Shown here: piece by piece, positions 1-11,357 of the stretch
Layout: every line of letters starts with the position of its first letter
Position numbering within the stretch: the stretch's first letter is position 1
Source of the DNA: a virus
Strand: one strand, 5' to 3'
IMG/VR virus record: IMGVR_UViG_3300042945_002173
DNA length: 64,000 nucleotides
Notes under the pieces: model-generated
Told to the model about the DNA's origin: nothing
What the model saw: only the letters and a program-made list of their open reading frames with translations
Database searches by the model: none
Translations under genes and position numbers: made by a program

Positions 1-1701
1 GAATCTTTCCAAATTTCAAGACCAGGTTATGCATTCCAAGTTGGAGATATATTTAAACCTGTTGGACTTGTTACTGCAAAAGATTACGTTCAACCATTAG
101 AAGAGTTCCAACTTGAAGTTGTTGAAACATTCCAGGACTTTTTCTCTTCCTGGTCTTTTGGGGAAATGAATTACATTGATAGCATTTCTACATTACAAAA
201 TGGAAGTAGAACAAGATTCCCACTTTATTACAATGGACAGTTATTAAGTTTTGAAGTTGATCCAAATAATCCTCTTTCTGGAGCAATTAATCTTGATGCT
301 GTTCTTCTAATCTTTGTAAATGGAGTAATACAAGAACCAACATATGCTTACAGATTTTTTGGTGGAACATCATTTGAATTTACTGAGGCACCAAAATCAT
401 CCGATAAAGTTGATATCTTTTTCTACATTGGTCAAAATGGAGTTGATATTTCAATAATTGATGTTAATGAAACAATAAAAATTGGTGATGATGTATTTGT
501 TAGAAAAAATCCATTTTATCCATTAATAACCGATCAAGATAGAGATAGAACTATTGTTGATATTAGTGGTTCTGATACTGTTGAAACAGATCTTTATGTT
601 GGAACTTCAATTAATGATACAAATTACCGCCCAATAGAATGGATCAAACAAAAAACAGATAAGTACATTAAAGGAGATGTTGTTTATAAAACACGCGACT
701 CTCTTGAACCATTTGTTTATCCAACTGCAAAAATAATAGGAGATGTTACAGCAAGTTCTTCAAATATTTTTGTGGATAATGCTCAATTCTTTAATTATGA
801 AGAAAATAATTATGGAATTACAATAACTTCTGTTGATGGTCTAATAGTTCAAGGAACAGATCCGGTTGCTGCTGCATTTACTGCAACAGTTTCGGCAGCA
901 GGAACTATTTCTGCAATTACTATAACAAATCCAGGATTTGGATATTCGACAAGTGTTCCTATTAAAATTTCTAATCCTAGAGTTGGTGTCGGAACGTTCA
1001 GTTTAGAAACTGTTGGATTGGGTGTGGGTATTGGTATTGGAATAACCGCAACTGCTATTGCTAATGTTTCTGGAAGTCAGATAGTTTCAGTATCCATTAC
1101 AAATCCTGGATTTGGATACACTGTGGCACCAAATCTTATTATTGAGGTTCCACCAGTAACAAGTGAAAAAATTACAGGAATTGCAAATATACAAGGTTTT
1201 AGTGGTATTATTACTGGCATTAGCACTACTACTGGAACTGGCGGACATCCATTAGCACTAAAAATTAATTTTAGAGCAAATGCTTCAGATGCAAATGATT
1301 TGCAAGCAGGATATCCAATATTTGTATACAACACAACTGTTGGAAATGGAGTTACCTCTGTTAATAGTAACGATTCTTCTGTAGTTGGAATAGGAACTAG
1401 TTTCTTAGATAATGTTTATATTGTTAATTCAAAAACTAATTTCGGACCAGATGCAGAAATAATATGTAATATTAAATCAAATAGCAACGTTATCGGAATT
1501 GCTACCACAGGATCTCTTACACTACCATTAGGAAATATTTCTTGGGGTAGATTATATAATTTCTCTTCTAGAACCAATCCGATTTCTATTGGAGTTACTG
1601 GTTTAATTGTTGACTCTGGATTATCAACATTCCCAACTATACAAAGGAGAACATTTGGATTAAGAAATAGTGGTGCTATTAGGAAACTTTCTAACTTATA
1701 A
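1..1701 (+). CDS. baseplate wedge initiator-like protein (gp7-like), 3' part; ORF open from before window start
   Basis: Frame 1 has no stop from base 1 to TAA at 1699-1701. LLIFVNGVIQEP and I.I.NPG.GY repeats are typical of cyanophage baseplate proteins. Lies directly upstream of g8. Confidence 0.65.
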   Translation, partial: ESFQISRPGYAFQVGDIFKPVGLVTAKDYVQPLEEFQLEVVETFQDFFSSWSFGEMNYIDSISTLQNGSRTRFPLYYNGQLLSFEVDPNNPLSGAINLDAVLLIFVNGVIQEPTYAYRFFGGTSFEFTEAPKSSDKVDIFFYIGQNGVDISIIDVNETIKIGDDVFVRKNPFYPLITDQDRDRTIVDISGSDTVETDLYVGTSINDTNYRPIEWIKQKTDKYIKGDVVYKTRDSLEPFVYPTAKIIGDVTASSSNIFVDNAQFFNYEENNYGITITSVDGLIVQGTDPVAAAFTATVSAAGTISAITITNPGFGYSTSVPIKISNPRVGVGTFSLETVGLGVGIGIGITATAIANVSGSQIVSVSITNPGFGYTVAPNLIIEVPPVTSEKITGIANIQGFSGIITGISTTTGTGGHPLALKINFRANASDANDLQAGYPIFVYNTTVGNGVTSVNSNDSSVVGIGTSFLDNVYIVNSKTNFGPDAEIICNIKSNSNVIGIATTGSLTLPLGNISWGRLYNFSSRTNPISIGVTGLIVDSGLSTFPTIQRRTFGLRNSGAIRKLSNL

Positions 1702-1709
1702 ACACAAGG

Positions 1710-1717
1710 TATAAATA
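1710..1717 (+). promoter_or_regulatory. T4-type late promoter TATAAATA
   Basis: Exact gp55 consensus, 18 nt upstream of the g8 ATG. Confidence 0.85.
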
Positions 1718-1735
1718 CATAAAAAACGTTTAACA

Positions 1736-3295
1736 ATGTCAGCACTTGTTACTGATCAATTTAGGATTTTGAATGCTAGTAATTTTGTAGATTCTGTCGA
1801 ATCTACAAATAATTCATATTATATTGCAGTTGGGTTACCAAATCCAACTGCAGTTGGATTTGGAAGATCCACAAATTGGAACACTAATCCACCAGCACCA
1901 GTAGATAATTTTTCATATGTGGATCATTATGGTGATACTATTTTATATGGTAAAAGAATAACCTCTGCAAATATTAGAAGGATAATTAGAAGAATAGATT
2001 GGACGGCAGGAAATAGATATGAAATGTATAGAAATGATTATAGTATTCTCAATCCAAGTCCATTAACTAATTCATCTAGACTATATGATGCAAATTACTA
2101 TGTAATGAATAGTGATTATAGAGTTTATGTTTGTATTGAAAATGGGTCAAATGGTACAAATGTAAAAGGTAATGTATCTCAGGACGAACCAACATTTACA
2201 GATTTAGAACCATCAAGGGCAGGTGATAGTGGTGATGGATATATTTGGAAATATCTTTTTACTGTTTCACCTAGCGATATTGTTAAATTTGATTCTACAG
2301 AGTATATAACTGTTCCAAATGGTTGGTTAACATCTAATGATTCTCAAATATTAGCAGTTAGAGAGTCAGCAGATTCCACAGTAAATAATAACCAGATTAA
2401 AACAGTATATATTGAGAAGGCAGGAGCAAATTACTCAAATGGATTAGGGCAAGAATTTAATATACTTGGTGATGGAAGCGGTGGTAGAGTTAGGGTTGAT
2501 GTTGAAGGTGGAAAAGTAACTAATACAATTGTTACTTCGGGAGGAAAAAATTATAGTTATGGATTGGTTGATTTAGGATCAATTAATTTAAATTCTACTG
2601 GAACTAGTGCAAAATTAGTTCCTATTATTCCACCTTCAAGAGGACATGGTTATGATATCTATACAGAACTTGGAACAGATAAAGTTTTAGTTTATGCTAG
2701 ATTTGATGATTCTACAAAAGATTTTCCAGTAGATACTAGTTTTGCTCAGGTTTGTATTATAAAAAATCCAACAGCATTTGGGTCTTCGACAGTATATACT
2801 GACAATACTTTTACTGGTTTATACTCAATGTTATTTTCATCTATTACCGGCACCCCAACGGTAGGAGAAAAAATTGAGCAGATAGTTTCTAGTGGATCAT
2901 CCAAAGCGATTGGATATGTAGCTTCTTGGGACAGTGAAACAAAAGTTTTAAAATATTTTGTGGATCGTTCTTTATATTACAATCAAACAACACTTGATCA
3001 ACAAGATTATGTTGGCATTTCTACAAATGGTAGACTTTATCCGTTCGAATCTTCTGCTAATCAAGTTATTGGAAAATCCTCAGGATTTTCTGCTTCAATA
3101 TTTACTGGATTTTCTGGAATTTCAACAAATCCAACAGGATCAAAATTAATTAATTTGGGTGTTAACTTTACTTCTGGGTTAGCAACTCCTGAAATAAATA
3201 AAGGATCGGGAGATATAATCTACCTCGACAATAGACCTACAATTAGTAGGAGTGCCCGTCAAAAAGAAGACATCAAAATAGTACTGGAATTTTAA
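1736..3295 (+). CDS. g8: baseplate wedge subunit gp8
   Basis: RRIDW..G..Y, YYVMNSDYRVYVC, DGYIWKYLF motifs and C-terminal QKEDIKIVLEF characteristic of T4-like gp8. Confidence 0.9.
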   Translation: MSALVTDQFRILNASNFVDSVESTNNSYYIAVGLPNPTAVGFGRSTNWNTNPPAPVDNFSYVDHYGDTILYGKRITSANIRRIIRRIDWTAGNRYEMYRNDYSILNPSPLTNSSRLYDANYYVMNSDYRVYVCIENGSNGTNVKGNVSQDEPTFTDLEPSRAGDSGDGYIWKYLFTVSPSDIVKFDSTEYITVPNGWLTSNDSQILAVRESADSTVNNNQIKTVYIEKAGANYSNGLGQEFNILGDGSGGRVRVDVEGGKVTNTIVTSGGKNYSYGLVDLGSINLNSTGTSAKLVPIIPPSRGHGYDIYTELGTDKVLVYARFDDSTKDFPVDTSFAQVCIIKNPTAFGSSTVYTDNTFTGLYSMLFSSITGTPTVGEKIEQIVSSGSSKAIGYVASWDSETKVLKYFVDRSLYYNQTTLDQQDYVGISTNGRLYPFESSANQVIGKSSGFSASIFTGFSGISTNPTGSKLINLGVNFTSGLATPEINKGSGDIIYLDNRPTISRSARQKEDIKIVLEF

Positions 3296-3298
3296 AAA

Positions 3299-6200
3299 AT
3301 GCCACAAAAGACTAATCTCAATGTAAGTCCTTATTATGATGATTTTGATAAGGCAGACAATTATTATAGAGTTCTTTTTAAACCTGGATATCCTGTTCAG
3401 GCAAGAGAGTTAACAGGATTACAGTCTATTTTACAAAATCAAGTAGAATCTTTTGGAAGTCATATTTTTAAAGAAGGTTCTATGGTAATTCCTGGGGGAG
3501 TTACTTGTGACAATGCATTTACAACAATAAAAGTAAATAATGATCACTTGGGCATCGATGTTACAGTCTATCTTGATGCATTAAAAAATGCCAACACTGG
3601 TAGAGGAACAAAGGTAAGAGGTCAAACTTCAGGTGTTGTTGGTACTATTAAGGGATATCTTTTACCCCCAGAAGAAGGAGTTGAGCAAATAACTTTATTT
3701 GTTAAGTATCGTGATGGTGCAGATGATGGTGAAGGTATAGAATTCTTAGATGGAGAGGTTTTAATACTAGAAGAAAATATTACCTATGGAAATACTGCAC
3801 TTAACAGTGGAGATTCTGTATTAACATTGGTATCAACAAATTCAACTGCAACTGGATATGCAGTTGGTGTTTCGCAGGGTGTATATTTTATTAGGGGTAT
3901 TTTTCTTGATGTTCCTAATACGCAAATTATTTTAGATCCATATAATAATGAACCTTCATATAGAGTTGGTTTTGACATTCTTGAAGAAATTGTTACTTCT
4001 GATGATGATGTAGATTTAAATGATAATGCAAAAGGATTTACCAATTATGCTGCACCTGGTGCAGACAGATTAAAAATAAGTGTCAAATTATCTAAAAAAC
4101 AATTAACAGATTTTAATGATACAAATTTTGTAGAATTAGTTAAGATTGACAAAGGTCAAATTAAAAAACTACAAAATAAGTCAGATTATAGCGTAATTAA
4201 GGATTATTTTGCAAAAAGAACTTTTGAAGAGTCTGGAAATTATGCAGTAAATCCATTTACAATATCTGTTGCTAATTCATTGAATGATGAAATTGGTAAT
4301 GGAGGTCTTTATCTTGAAGGAGAAAAAACAGAACAAGGAAATATTCCTTCTGATGATTTATTGTCAGTAAAAGTATCTGCTGGAACTGCGTATGTTAAAG
4401 GATTTGATATTGATTTAGTTGGCGGAGCAGTTGTCGATGCTCCAAAACCAAGAACAACCAAAAAAGTTGATAGTGCTTTAGTTCCTTTTGCGACAGGAAG
4501 TCTTTTAAAAGTTAATAATGTTCATGGAGTTCCATATTTAAATATTGGTGCATCACAGAGTGGTGCTCAAACAACACAGGCAAATATTATAGAACTTTAT
4601 AATAGGAGAAGAGATGCTTCTGGAGATGGTCCAGGAACTGCTGGTGGTGGTGGAACCAAGATTGGAGAGGCGAGAGTTTATTGGTATGGCGTATCTGATG
4701 CCCAATATACCGGAGATAGCACAACTTGGGACTTGTATTTGTTTGATGTTCAAACTTATACGACTCTTTATCTAGCAAAAGAATATACTACAACAGAAGT
4801 TCCACTTTCTTCATTTATTAGAGGTTTGTCCAGTGGCGCTACTGGTTATCTTGCAGCAAAACCAAATAGTTCTGCATATAGTTTGTCACAAACTTCTGGA
4901 ACATTTTTGGTTGGTGAACAAGTTATTATAAATGAAAATCCAGAACTTAAAATTGGTATTCAAGCACTTAATGCATACACAACGGAGGATATAAAATCAG
5001 TCTATCAAGATTCGACTGCTTTGAATAGTTCTTTACAAGCAGACTTTTTTGCTGACACTGTTCTATATGAAAGAACTCCTCCTAATTTTTCTATCACTGA
5101 TAAACTAACAATAAGTAGTGGAACTACTGGCAGAGTTGCTGGGAGATTTTTCAGTGGTACAACAGGCATTAAAACGGAAGCAATAATTAAATATCAATTT
5201 AGTGGTCAAAGTGATCCAAACTACAATAGAATTACAGCAATTGCTGCTGATGGAACTAATATAACTCTTGCGTCTGCTGGTGTTGCGGTTACTTCTGTTG
5301 CAAGAGTATCAGTAGATAATGGAGATTCAGTATTTTCCTTGATGGAACCAAAGATAACAAATCTTGATTCATCAGGATTATATACAATTCTTCCAAAAGA
5401 AAATATTGCCTCTGTTGATTTATCACAATCTGAACTTACAATTACAAAACAAATTACTGGCAGATCAACAAATGCATTTGGTTCCTTAACAATTACAGCA
5501 TCTGATGCTTTAGATTCTACATCTGGAATTACTAGTGCATTTTTTGAATCTTTTGATGCTGAAAGATATTCAGTTCATTATAGTGATGGAACTACAGATG
5601 AATTAAATTCAGGCAAATTCACACTTGGATCTAATGGCAATTCAATTACTTTTACAGGTTTAAGAATAAATCAGTCAAATATAACTGTAATTGCTACATT
5701 GAAGAAAAGACAGGTTACAAATAAATCAAAAGAATTTATAAGAAGTAGACAACTATCAGTTATTAGAACTAGTGGAATTTCCACACAAACAGGATCATCT
5801 GCCACTGGTCTTAGTACAAGTAAGTATTATGGTCTAAGAGTAGAAGATAATGAAATATCTTTAAACGTTCCTGATGTTGTTAATGTTCGTGCAGTATATG
5901 AGTCCACAGACACATCAACTCCTGTTTTAGATAAATTAACTTTTGCTACTGGATTAGCATTAGATTCTAATGCAATTACTGGTGAACAATTGATGGGACA
6001 AACTAGTAGAGCAGTTGCACAAATTGTCAATAAGGCAGCAGCAACAATAGAATTTGTACCTTTAAATGAAAATAAGTTTGAAGTTGGCGAAACTGTCATA
6101 TTTAAAGAATCTTCTATCAGTGCGGTTATACAGCAAATAACCCCAGGTAGTTATATTAATAAGACTAATGACTATACATTGGATAAATCTCATAAGAGTC

Positions 6201-9200
6201 AATATTGTGATTATTCTAGAATAAGGAGAAAGGTAGGAAGTTCTATCCCATCTCGCCAATTATTAATTATCTTTGATTACTATAAAGTAGCATCGGGAAA
6301 TAGTGGAGATTTATTTACTGTAAATTCATATACTCAGGATAGATATTTGAATGATATTCCCATAATTCCTGATCAAATTCGTGCATCTGATGTTCTTGAT
6401 TTTAGACCAAGAGTTCAAGAATTTGATCCTTCAACAACAAATGCATCACCATTTGCATTTAGTTCAAGATCTTATGAAAGCACTTTTAGGTATGCAATTT
6501 CTCCTGATGAAACCTCATTTATTGGATATAGTTATTATTTGCCAAGAGTTGATTTAGTAACAGTTAATCGTCTTGGCGAAGTTGAAATTGTTCAAGGTGA
6601 ACCTAGCGACACTCCACGTGCTCCATTTCTTGCAGATGATGCAATGGAGTTGGCTCAAATTAGTTATCCAGCATATCTTTATAATCCTCAAAAAGATCCA
6701 AAAATCTTATTGAGAGATAATAGAAGATTTACTATGAGAGATATTGGAAAACTTGAGCAAAGAATTGAGAATTTAGAAGATATTACAAGTTTGAGTATGC
6801 TCGAACTTAAAGCACAAACTCTTGAAGTTACTGATGCAAATGGTCTCAATAGATTTAAATCAGGATTTGTTGTTACTAGTTTTAAAGACAAATCTCTTGC
6901 TGATATGAGATATACGACCATTGATATCAGTAAATCTGATCCAACTGGAATTACTCCTGTTGATTTTTGGTCAATTCCTGCTGAATTAGCATTAGATCCT
7001 GGTATTGATCGTTCGACAACTGATATAACACAGAACTTAAAATTATTAGATCCAAATATTCAAAAAACTGGTGATTTGTTAACATTAGCATATACTGAAG
7101 TTGATTGGATTGAGCAACCACATGCGACTAATGTTGAAAATGTTAACCCATTTAACGTAATAGTTTTTGTCGGGGGAGTAGTATTAGATCCAGCATCTGA
7201 TAATTGGGTTAGAACAATTTATATTGATGAGCACAGAACCGAATCTACTGGAGCAAATTGGGTACAAGAGGCAAATACTTTTGTTAATGAAAATGTAACT
7301 GAATTTAATGGACCTCATCCTAATGCTGATGGAACCAGGATCATTAAAAGAGGTTCTTTAGTTACAACAACTACTACTACAACTACTCAATATACACCAA
7401 AATTAACTGGTCCTTCTAGGGAATTTAATTATGTAGAAGATGTGAAAATTAGTGGTGATGTAGATCCATTTATGCGTTCGAGAAATGTATATTTTGCAGC
7501 AAATGGATTAAGACCATTCACAAAACATTATCATTATTTGGATAGTCAACAAGTTGATATTATTCCAAAACTTTGTGAAATTGAAATGCAATCTGGAACT
7601 TTCCAAGTATTTGAAAATGCTCGAATTTATAAGCGTTATGCTGGTGGTAAGCAGATAGGATATATTAGAATCCAAAAACCAAATCATAAGTTTGGAGATA
7701 CTTCTAGACCAGATATTGGAGCTGGGTTGGGAGCACCAGACGTACTCGTTGAAACATATACAGTTGATCCATATGATAAAACAAGGCCAGCTCCTGGTGA
7801 TTCTTATTCTGCAACATCAAAATTAATTAACTTTGGTGTTAGAGCTCTCGCAAACGAGGAAAGATATTATGGATATGTAGAAAATGGTTCGATTATTGTT
7901 GGAGAAACCAGTGGTGCTATTGCAAAAATTAAAAGAGCAGAATTAGTAACAGATAATTGGGGTGATGTTATTGGAAACTTCTTCTTTAGAGATCCAAATT
8001 CAAATCCACCACCACTATCCAAAGTCAGAAGCGGAACAAAAACTGTAAAAGTTACCGCAGTACCACCAGGAGTTACGCCTTTACCAGGATCTACGGTATT
8101 TGCTAGTGAAGCACTAGGAACATATAGTGGATCTGGAACTATCTTAACTCAAGAGACAAGTAGAGTTTCCGTTAGAAATCCACCCCCACCAGTAGCTAAA
8201 CCAACAGACATTCAAGTTCAAACAAAAGCAGTTCATAGAGATCCTCTTGCACAATCATTTACTGTTGATGGTAAAGGAGTATTTTTAACATCATTTGATT
8301 TATATTTTGCAGCGAAAGATCCTCAAGCAAAGATTTATGTAGAACTTAGAACTGTTGAACTAGGAACTCCAACTTCATTCCTTGTTCAAGATTATACACA
8401 AGTTGCATTAAATCCTGATCAAATAAACATTGCTGAGACAACATTTGGCGTTAAGAGTATGGCAGGATTTGATGATGCTGCAAGTGGCGCTACACCAGGT
8501 CAATTTGGTTATGAAGTTGACTATCCATATGCAAAATCACAAGGTTTCTCTGATGCCGATATCAGATATTTCTTAGAAAATGTATATACTGGTAATATTG
8601 GAACAAAAATGAAAGAGATTTTGATGGACACTAGTTGGGGAGTATATGCCAAACCTACTATTCCAGAACCAGTCCCAACTAGAGTTCGTTTCCCATCTCC
8701 TGTATTCTTAGAAGCAGGTAGAGAATATGCAATCGTAATTCTTTCACCAGCATCTGATGCATATGAAATGTGGACTGCCACAATGGGCAAGAAAACTGTT
8801 AAAACACAAAATCTCCCAGATTCTCAGAATGTAATTGTTACTAAACAGTATATTGGTGGAAGTTTATTCAAATCTCAAAATGGAACTATTTGGACTGCTA
8901 GCCAGTATCAAGATCTTACATTTAAACTTTATAAAGCTAAATTTGTTCCATCTGGAACCCTAACATTCTATAATACAGATCTTACACCTGGTGGAACAAA
9001 TGTTCAGACACTTGAAAGCAATCCAGTTGAAGGTTTACCAAGAAAATTAAAAGTATCAATCTCAGGAACTTTAAACCCTGTTGTTGTTCCAGGTACTAAA
9101 ATTGGTGAGGGATCCAGTCCAAGTATTACTGGTATTGTTGAAAATCTTGGTGGACCAATTTCTGCAACAGGAACTGGTTCTGTTGGTATTGTTGCTGTTG

Positions 9201-10921
9201 GAGCTGGTTATTCAAATGGAACGTATACATCAGTTCCATTATATTCAATTACTGGAAAAGGATCTGGTGCTCAGGCAACAATCACTATCTCTGGTTCTAT
9301 CGTTTCTGGTGTTAATATTACTTCAGTAGGAAATGGATATGTAACTGGCGAAATACTAGGAATTACCTCAACAAGCGTTGGTGGTGGTAGTGGTGCCAGA
9401 ATTGGAGTCAAAACACGCGGAGCTGCTGATTCAATTTATCTTACTAATGTTCAAGGTGAAAACTTTACAAACAGTGCGACTCTTGTTTATTATACAAATC
9501 CTAATTCAGAATCATCAAGGACTACTGCTACTGCAACTGTATCTTCATCATCTCTCATTTCTAACGAATACTCTGGAAATGTTTTTAGAGTTAAGCAGTA
9601 TAATCATGCACACCATGGGGGCAATAATAAGATTGAAGTTAATAATGTTTCTCCAGATAGAGAAACAACAACACTTACTGCACCATTTGGTTTAAATGAT
9701 ACTGTCGTATCTGTTGCAAATACAACTATATTCTCAACATTTGAAGGAATAACAACAAGTCGTGGATATGCGTTGATACAGAATGAGGTTGTATCTTATA
9801 GTAATATAACCAGAGTTTCCGGTAACGCAGGAACTCTTTCAATTGATGGAAGATCTTTAAACAATACAGTTAAAACTCAACACGATGCCGATGAATTTAT
9901 ACAACCCTATGAAGTGAATGGTGTTTCTTTGATGAGAATTAACAAAACTCACGACATACCTTCATCTTATTATACTTCAGAAAATTCAAATCTAGATAAC
10001 TACTTCTTAGAGTTTGATAGATCATCCCCAACAAATAGATCTAGTGGGGGTTCAATGATTAATTTTGCATCTCAGAAAGGATTTGGTGGAGATACTGTTA
10101 GTGTTTCTCAGAACTATCAATTTAGTTCTATTCAACCAATGTTCAATATAATTACTCCTGGTAAAGGAACATCAGCATCTGCACAACTTAGAACTATTTC
10201 TGGAACGAGTGCTGGTGGATCAGAAGTTTCATTCCTGGATCAAGGATACGATCCTGTTCCTTTGAATACTGTAGTTCACTATCCAACACCAAGAATGGTT
10301 GCATCTAAGATTAATGAGACTACAAGACTAACAACATTACCATCAAATAAATCTTTAACTTTGAAAGTTGACTTCAAAACTGAGGACGAAAATCTATCAC
10401 CGGTGATGGATATTCAAAATTCTACTTTTATTCTTGGTAGAAATAGGTCTAATAGTCCAATTTCTAATTATGTGGATGATTCTAGATCTAATCAAATTAA
10501 TAACGATCCCCATGGATCTGTATTTGTTACTCAGATAATTTCTCTTGCTCAACCAGCAACTAGTTTGAGAGTTCTTGTTGCAGCAAATAGACAAGAAAGT
10601 GCTGATTTTAGAGTCTTCTATAGATTATTTAAGGCAGATTCTAGTGATATTCCTCAAAGCTATGTACCATTCCCTGGATATGACAACTTAATTGATACTG
10701 ATGGTGATGGATTTGGTGATCAAGTTATCAATTTGAACAATAATAGTGGAAGGGCAGATGCTTTTGTATCACCTAATGATGCAATATCTTATTCAGAGTA
10801 CCAATTTACTGCAAATAATCTAGAACAATTTGATGGATTTGCAATTAAAATTGTAATGTCATCAACAAATGAATCAACCCCAGTAAAACTTAAAGATTTT
10901 AGATGTATTGCTCTTGCCTAA
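3299..10921 (+). CDS. large virion structural protein, VrlC/DUF4815-like
   Basis: MPQKTNLNVSPYYDDF..YYRVLFKPG.PVQARELT start, APGADRLK, DPLAQSF motifs; conserved position after g8 in cyanomyoviruses. Confidence 0.8.
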   Translation: MPQKTNLNVSPYYDDFDKADNYYRVLFKPGYPVQARELTGLQSILQNQVESFGSHIFKEGSMVIPGGVTCDNAFTTIKVNNDHLGIDVTVYLDALKNANTGRGTKVRGQTSGVVGTIKGYLLPPEEGVEQITLFVKYRDGADDGEGIEFLDGEVLILEENITYGNTALNSGDSVLTLVSTNSTATGYAVGVSQGVYFIRGIFLDVPNTQIILDPYNNEPSYRVGFDILEEIVTSDDDVDLNDNAKGFTNYAAPGADRLKISVKLSKKQLTDFNDTNFVELVKIDKGQIKKLQNKSDYSVIKDYFAKRTFEESGNYAVNPFTISVANSLNDEIGNGGLYLEGEKTEQGNIPSDDLLSVKVSAGTAYVKGFDIDLVGGAVVDAPKPRTTKKVDSALVPFATGSLLKVNNVHGVPYLNIGASQSGAQTTQANIIELYNRRRDASGDGPGTAGGGGTKIGEARVYWYGVSDAQYTGDSTTWDLYLFDVQTYTTLYLAKEYTTTEVPLSSFIRGLSSGATGYLAAKPNSSAYSLSQTSGTFLVGEQVIINENPELKIGIQALNAYTTEDIKSVYQDSTALNSSLQADFFADTVLYERTPPNFSITDKLTISSGTTGRVAGRFFSGTTGIKTEAIIKYQFSGQSDPNYNRITAIAADGTNITLASAGVAVTSVARVSVDNGDSVFSLMEPKITNLDSSGLYTILPKENIASVDLSQSELTITKQITGRSTNAFGSLTITASDALDSTSGITSAFFESFDAERYSVHYSDGTTDELNSGKFTLGSNGNSITFTGLRINQSNITVIATLKKRQVTNKSKEFIRSRQLSVIRTSGISTQTGSSATGLSTSKYYGLRVEDNEISLNVPDVVNVRAVYESTDTSTPVLDKLTFATGLALDSNAITGEQLMGQTSRAVAQIVNKAAATIEFVPLNENKFEVGETVIFKESSISAVIQQITPGSYINKTNDYTLDKSHKSQYCDYSRIRRKVGSSIPSRQLLIIFDYYKVASGNSGDLFTVNSYTQDRYLNDIPIIPDQIRASDVLDFRPRVQEFDPSTTNASPFAFSSRSYESTFRYAISPDETSFIGYSYYLPRVDLVTVNRLGEVEIVQGEPSDTPRAPFLADDAMELAQISYPAYLYNPQKDPKILLRDNRRFTMRDIGKLEQRIENLEDITSLSMLELKAQTLEVTDANGLNRFKSGFVVTSFKDKSLADMRYTTIDISKSDPTGITPVDFWSIPAELALDPGIDRSTTDITQNLKLLDPNIQKTGDLLTLAYTEVDWIEQPHATNVENVNPFNVIVFVGGVVLDPASDNWVRTIYIDEHRTESTGANWVQEANTFVNENVTEFNGPHPNADGTRIIKRGSLVTTTTTTTTQYTPKLTGPSREFNYVEDVKISGDVDPFMRSRNVYFAANGLRPFTKHYHYLDSQQVDIIPKLCEIEMQSGTFQVFENARIYKRYAGGKQIGYIRIQKPNHKFGDTSRPDIGAGLGAPDVLVETYTVDPYDKTRPAPGDSYSATSKLINFGVRALANEERYYGYVENGSIIVGETSGAIAKIKRAELVTDNWGDVIGNFFFRDPNSNPPPLSKVRSGTKTVKVTAVPPGVTPLPGSTVFASEALGTYSGSGTILTQETSRVSVRNPPPPVAKPTDIQVQTKAVHRDPLAQSFTVDGKGVFLTSFDLYFAAKDPQAKIYVELRTVELGTPTSFLVQDYTQVALNPDQINIAETTFGVKSMAGFDDAASGATPGQFGYEVDYPYAKSQGFSDADIRYFLENVYTGNIGTKMKEILMDTSWGVYAKPTIPEPVPTRVRFPSPVFLEAGREYAIVILSPASDAYEMWTATMGKKTVKTQNLPDSQNVIVTKQYIGGSLFKSQNGTIWTASQYQDLTFKLYKAKFVPSGTLTFYNTDLTPGGTNVQTLESNPVEGLPRKLKVSISGTLNPVVVPGTKIGEGSSPSITGIVENLGGPISATGTGSVGIVAVGAGYSNGTYTSVPLYSITGKGSGAQATITISGSIVSGVNITSVGNGYVTGEILGITSTSVGGGSGARIGVKTRGAADSIYLTNVQGENFTNSATLVYYTNPNSESSRTTATATVSSSSLISNEYSGNVFRVKQYNHAHHGGNNKIEVNNVSPDRETTTLTAPFGLNDTVVSVANTTIFSTFEGITTSRGYALIQNEVVSYSNITRVSGNAGTLSIDGRSLNNTVKTQHDADEFIQPYEVNGVSLMRINKTHDIPSSYYTSENSNLDNYFLEFDRSSPTNRSSGGSMINFASQKGFGGDTVSVSQNYQFSSIQPMFNIITPGKGTSASAQLRTISGTSAGGSEVSFLDQGYDPVPLNTVVHYPTPRMVASKINETTRLTTLPSNKSLTLKVDFKTEDENLSPVMDIQNSTFILGRNRSNSPISNYVDDSRSNQINNDPHGSVFVTQIISLAQPATSLRVLVAANRQESADFRVFYRLFKADSSDIPQSYVPFPGYDNLIDTDGDGFGDQVINLNNNSGRADAFVSPNDAISYSEYQFTANNLEQFDGFAIKIVMSSTNESTPVKLKDFRCIALA

Positions 10922-10922
10922 T

Positions 10923-11138
10923 ATGACTGATACTAATGATTTAATTCCTGTTGAAGGTTATAATAATCTTTTTAGGGATAGAAATACTGGTGCTATACTT
11001 AATAAAGACAAATCTGCTTACAATAATTATATGAGAATGAAAGATCAAAAGCAGAAAGAAAAAAATGAAATAGATCAGATTAAATCTGATATTGAAGAAA
11101 TTAAATTTTTATTAAAGGAGTTAATTAATGGATCCTGA
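10923..11138 (+). CDS. conserved hypothetical protein (coiled-coil C-terminus)
   Basis: ATG 2 nt after the upstream stop; VEGY.NLFRD..TGAILN motif. Confidence 0.7.
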   Translation: MTDTNDLIPVEGYNNLFRDRNTGAILNKDKSAYNNYMRMKDQKQKEKNEIDQIKSDIEEIKFLLKELINGS

Positions 11139-11328
11139 TAAAATTAATTTAGAGAATCTAAGCAAAAGTTTTGAATATTTTAAAGCAGCATCAGAAATTG
11201 ATAATATCGAATGTTTAGATACTCTAAGAAACATTGCAAAATCTTATCTAAAACTTTATTTTAAGCAACAAGAAGTCATTTCTTCTTTTGGTACTTCATT
11301 TGAATCTATCGGATTTGATCAAGTATAA
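11128..11328 (+). CDS. hypothetical protein
   Basis: 66-aa ORF overlapping the upstream gene end. Confidence 0.65.
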   Translation: MDPDKINLENLSKSFEYFKAASEIDNIECLDTLRNIAKSYLKLYFKQQEVISSFGTSFESIGFDQV

Positions 11329-11331
11329 ATA
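11324..11331 (+). promoter_or_regulatory. T4-type late promoter TATAAATA
   Basis: Exact consensus upstream of ATG 11358. Confidence 0.8.
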
Positions 11332-11357
11332 TATTTTAGATCCTGAACTGTTTATAA

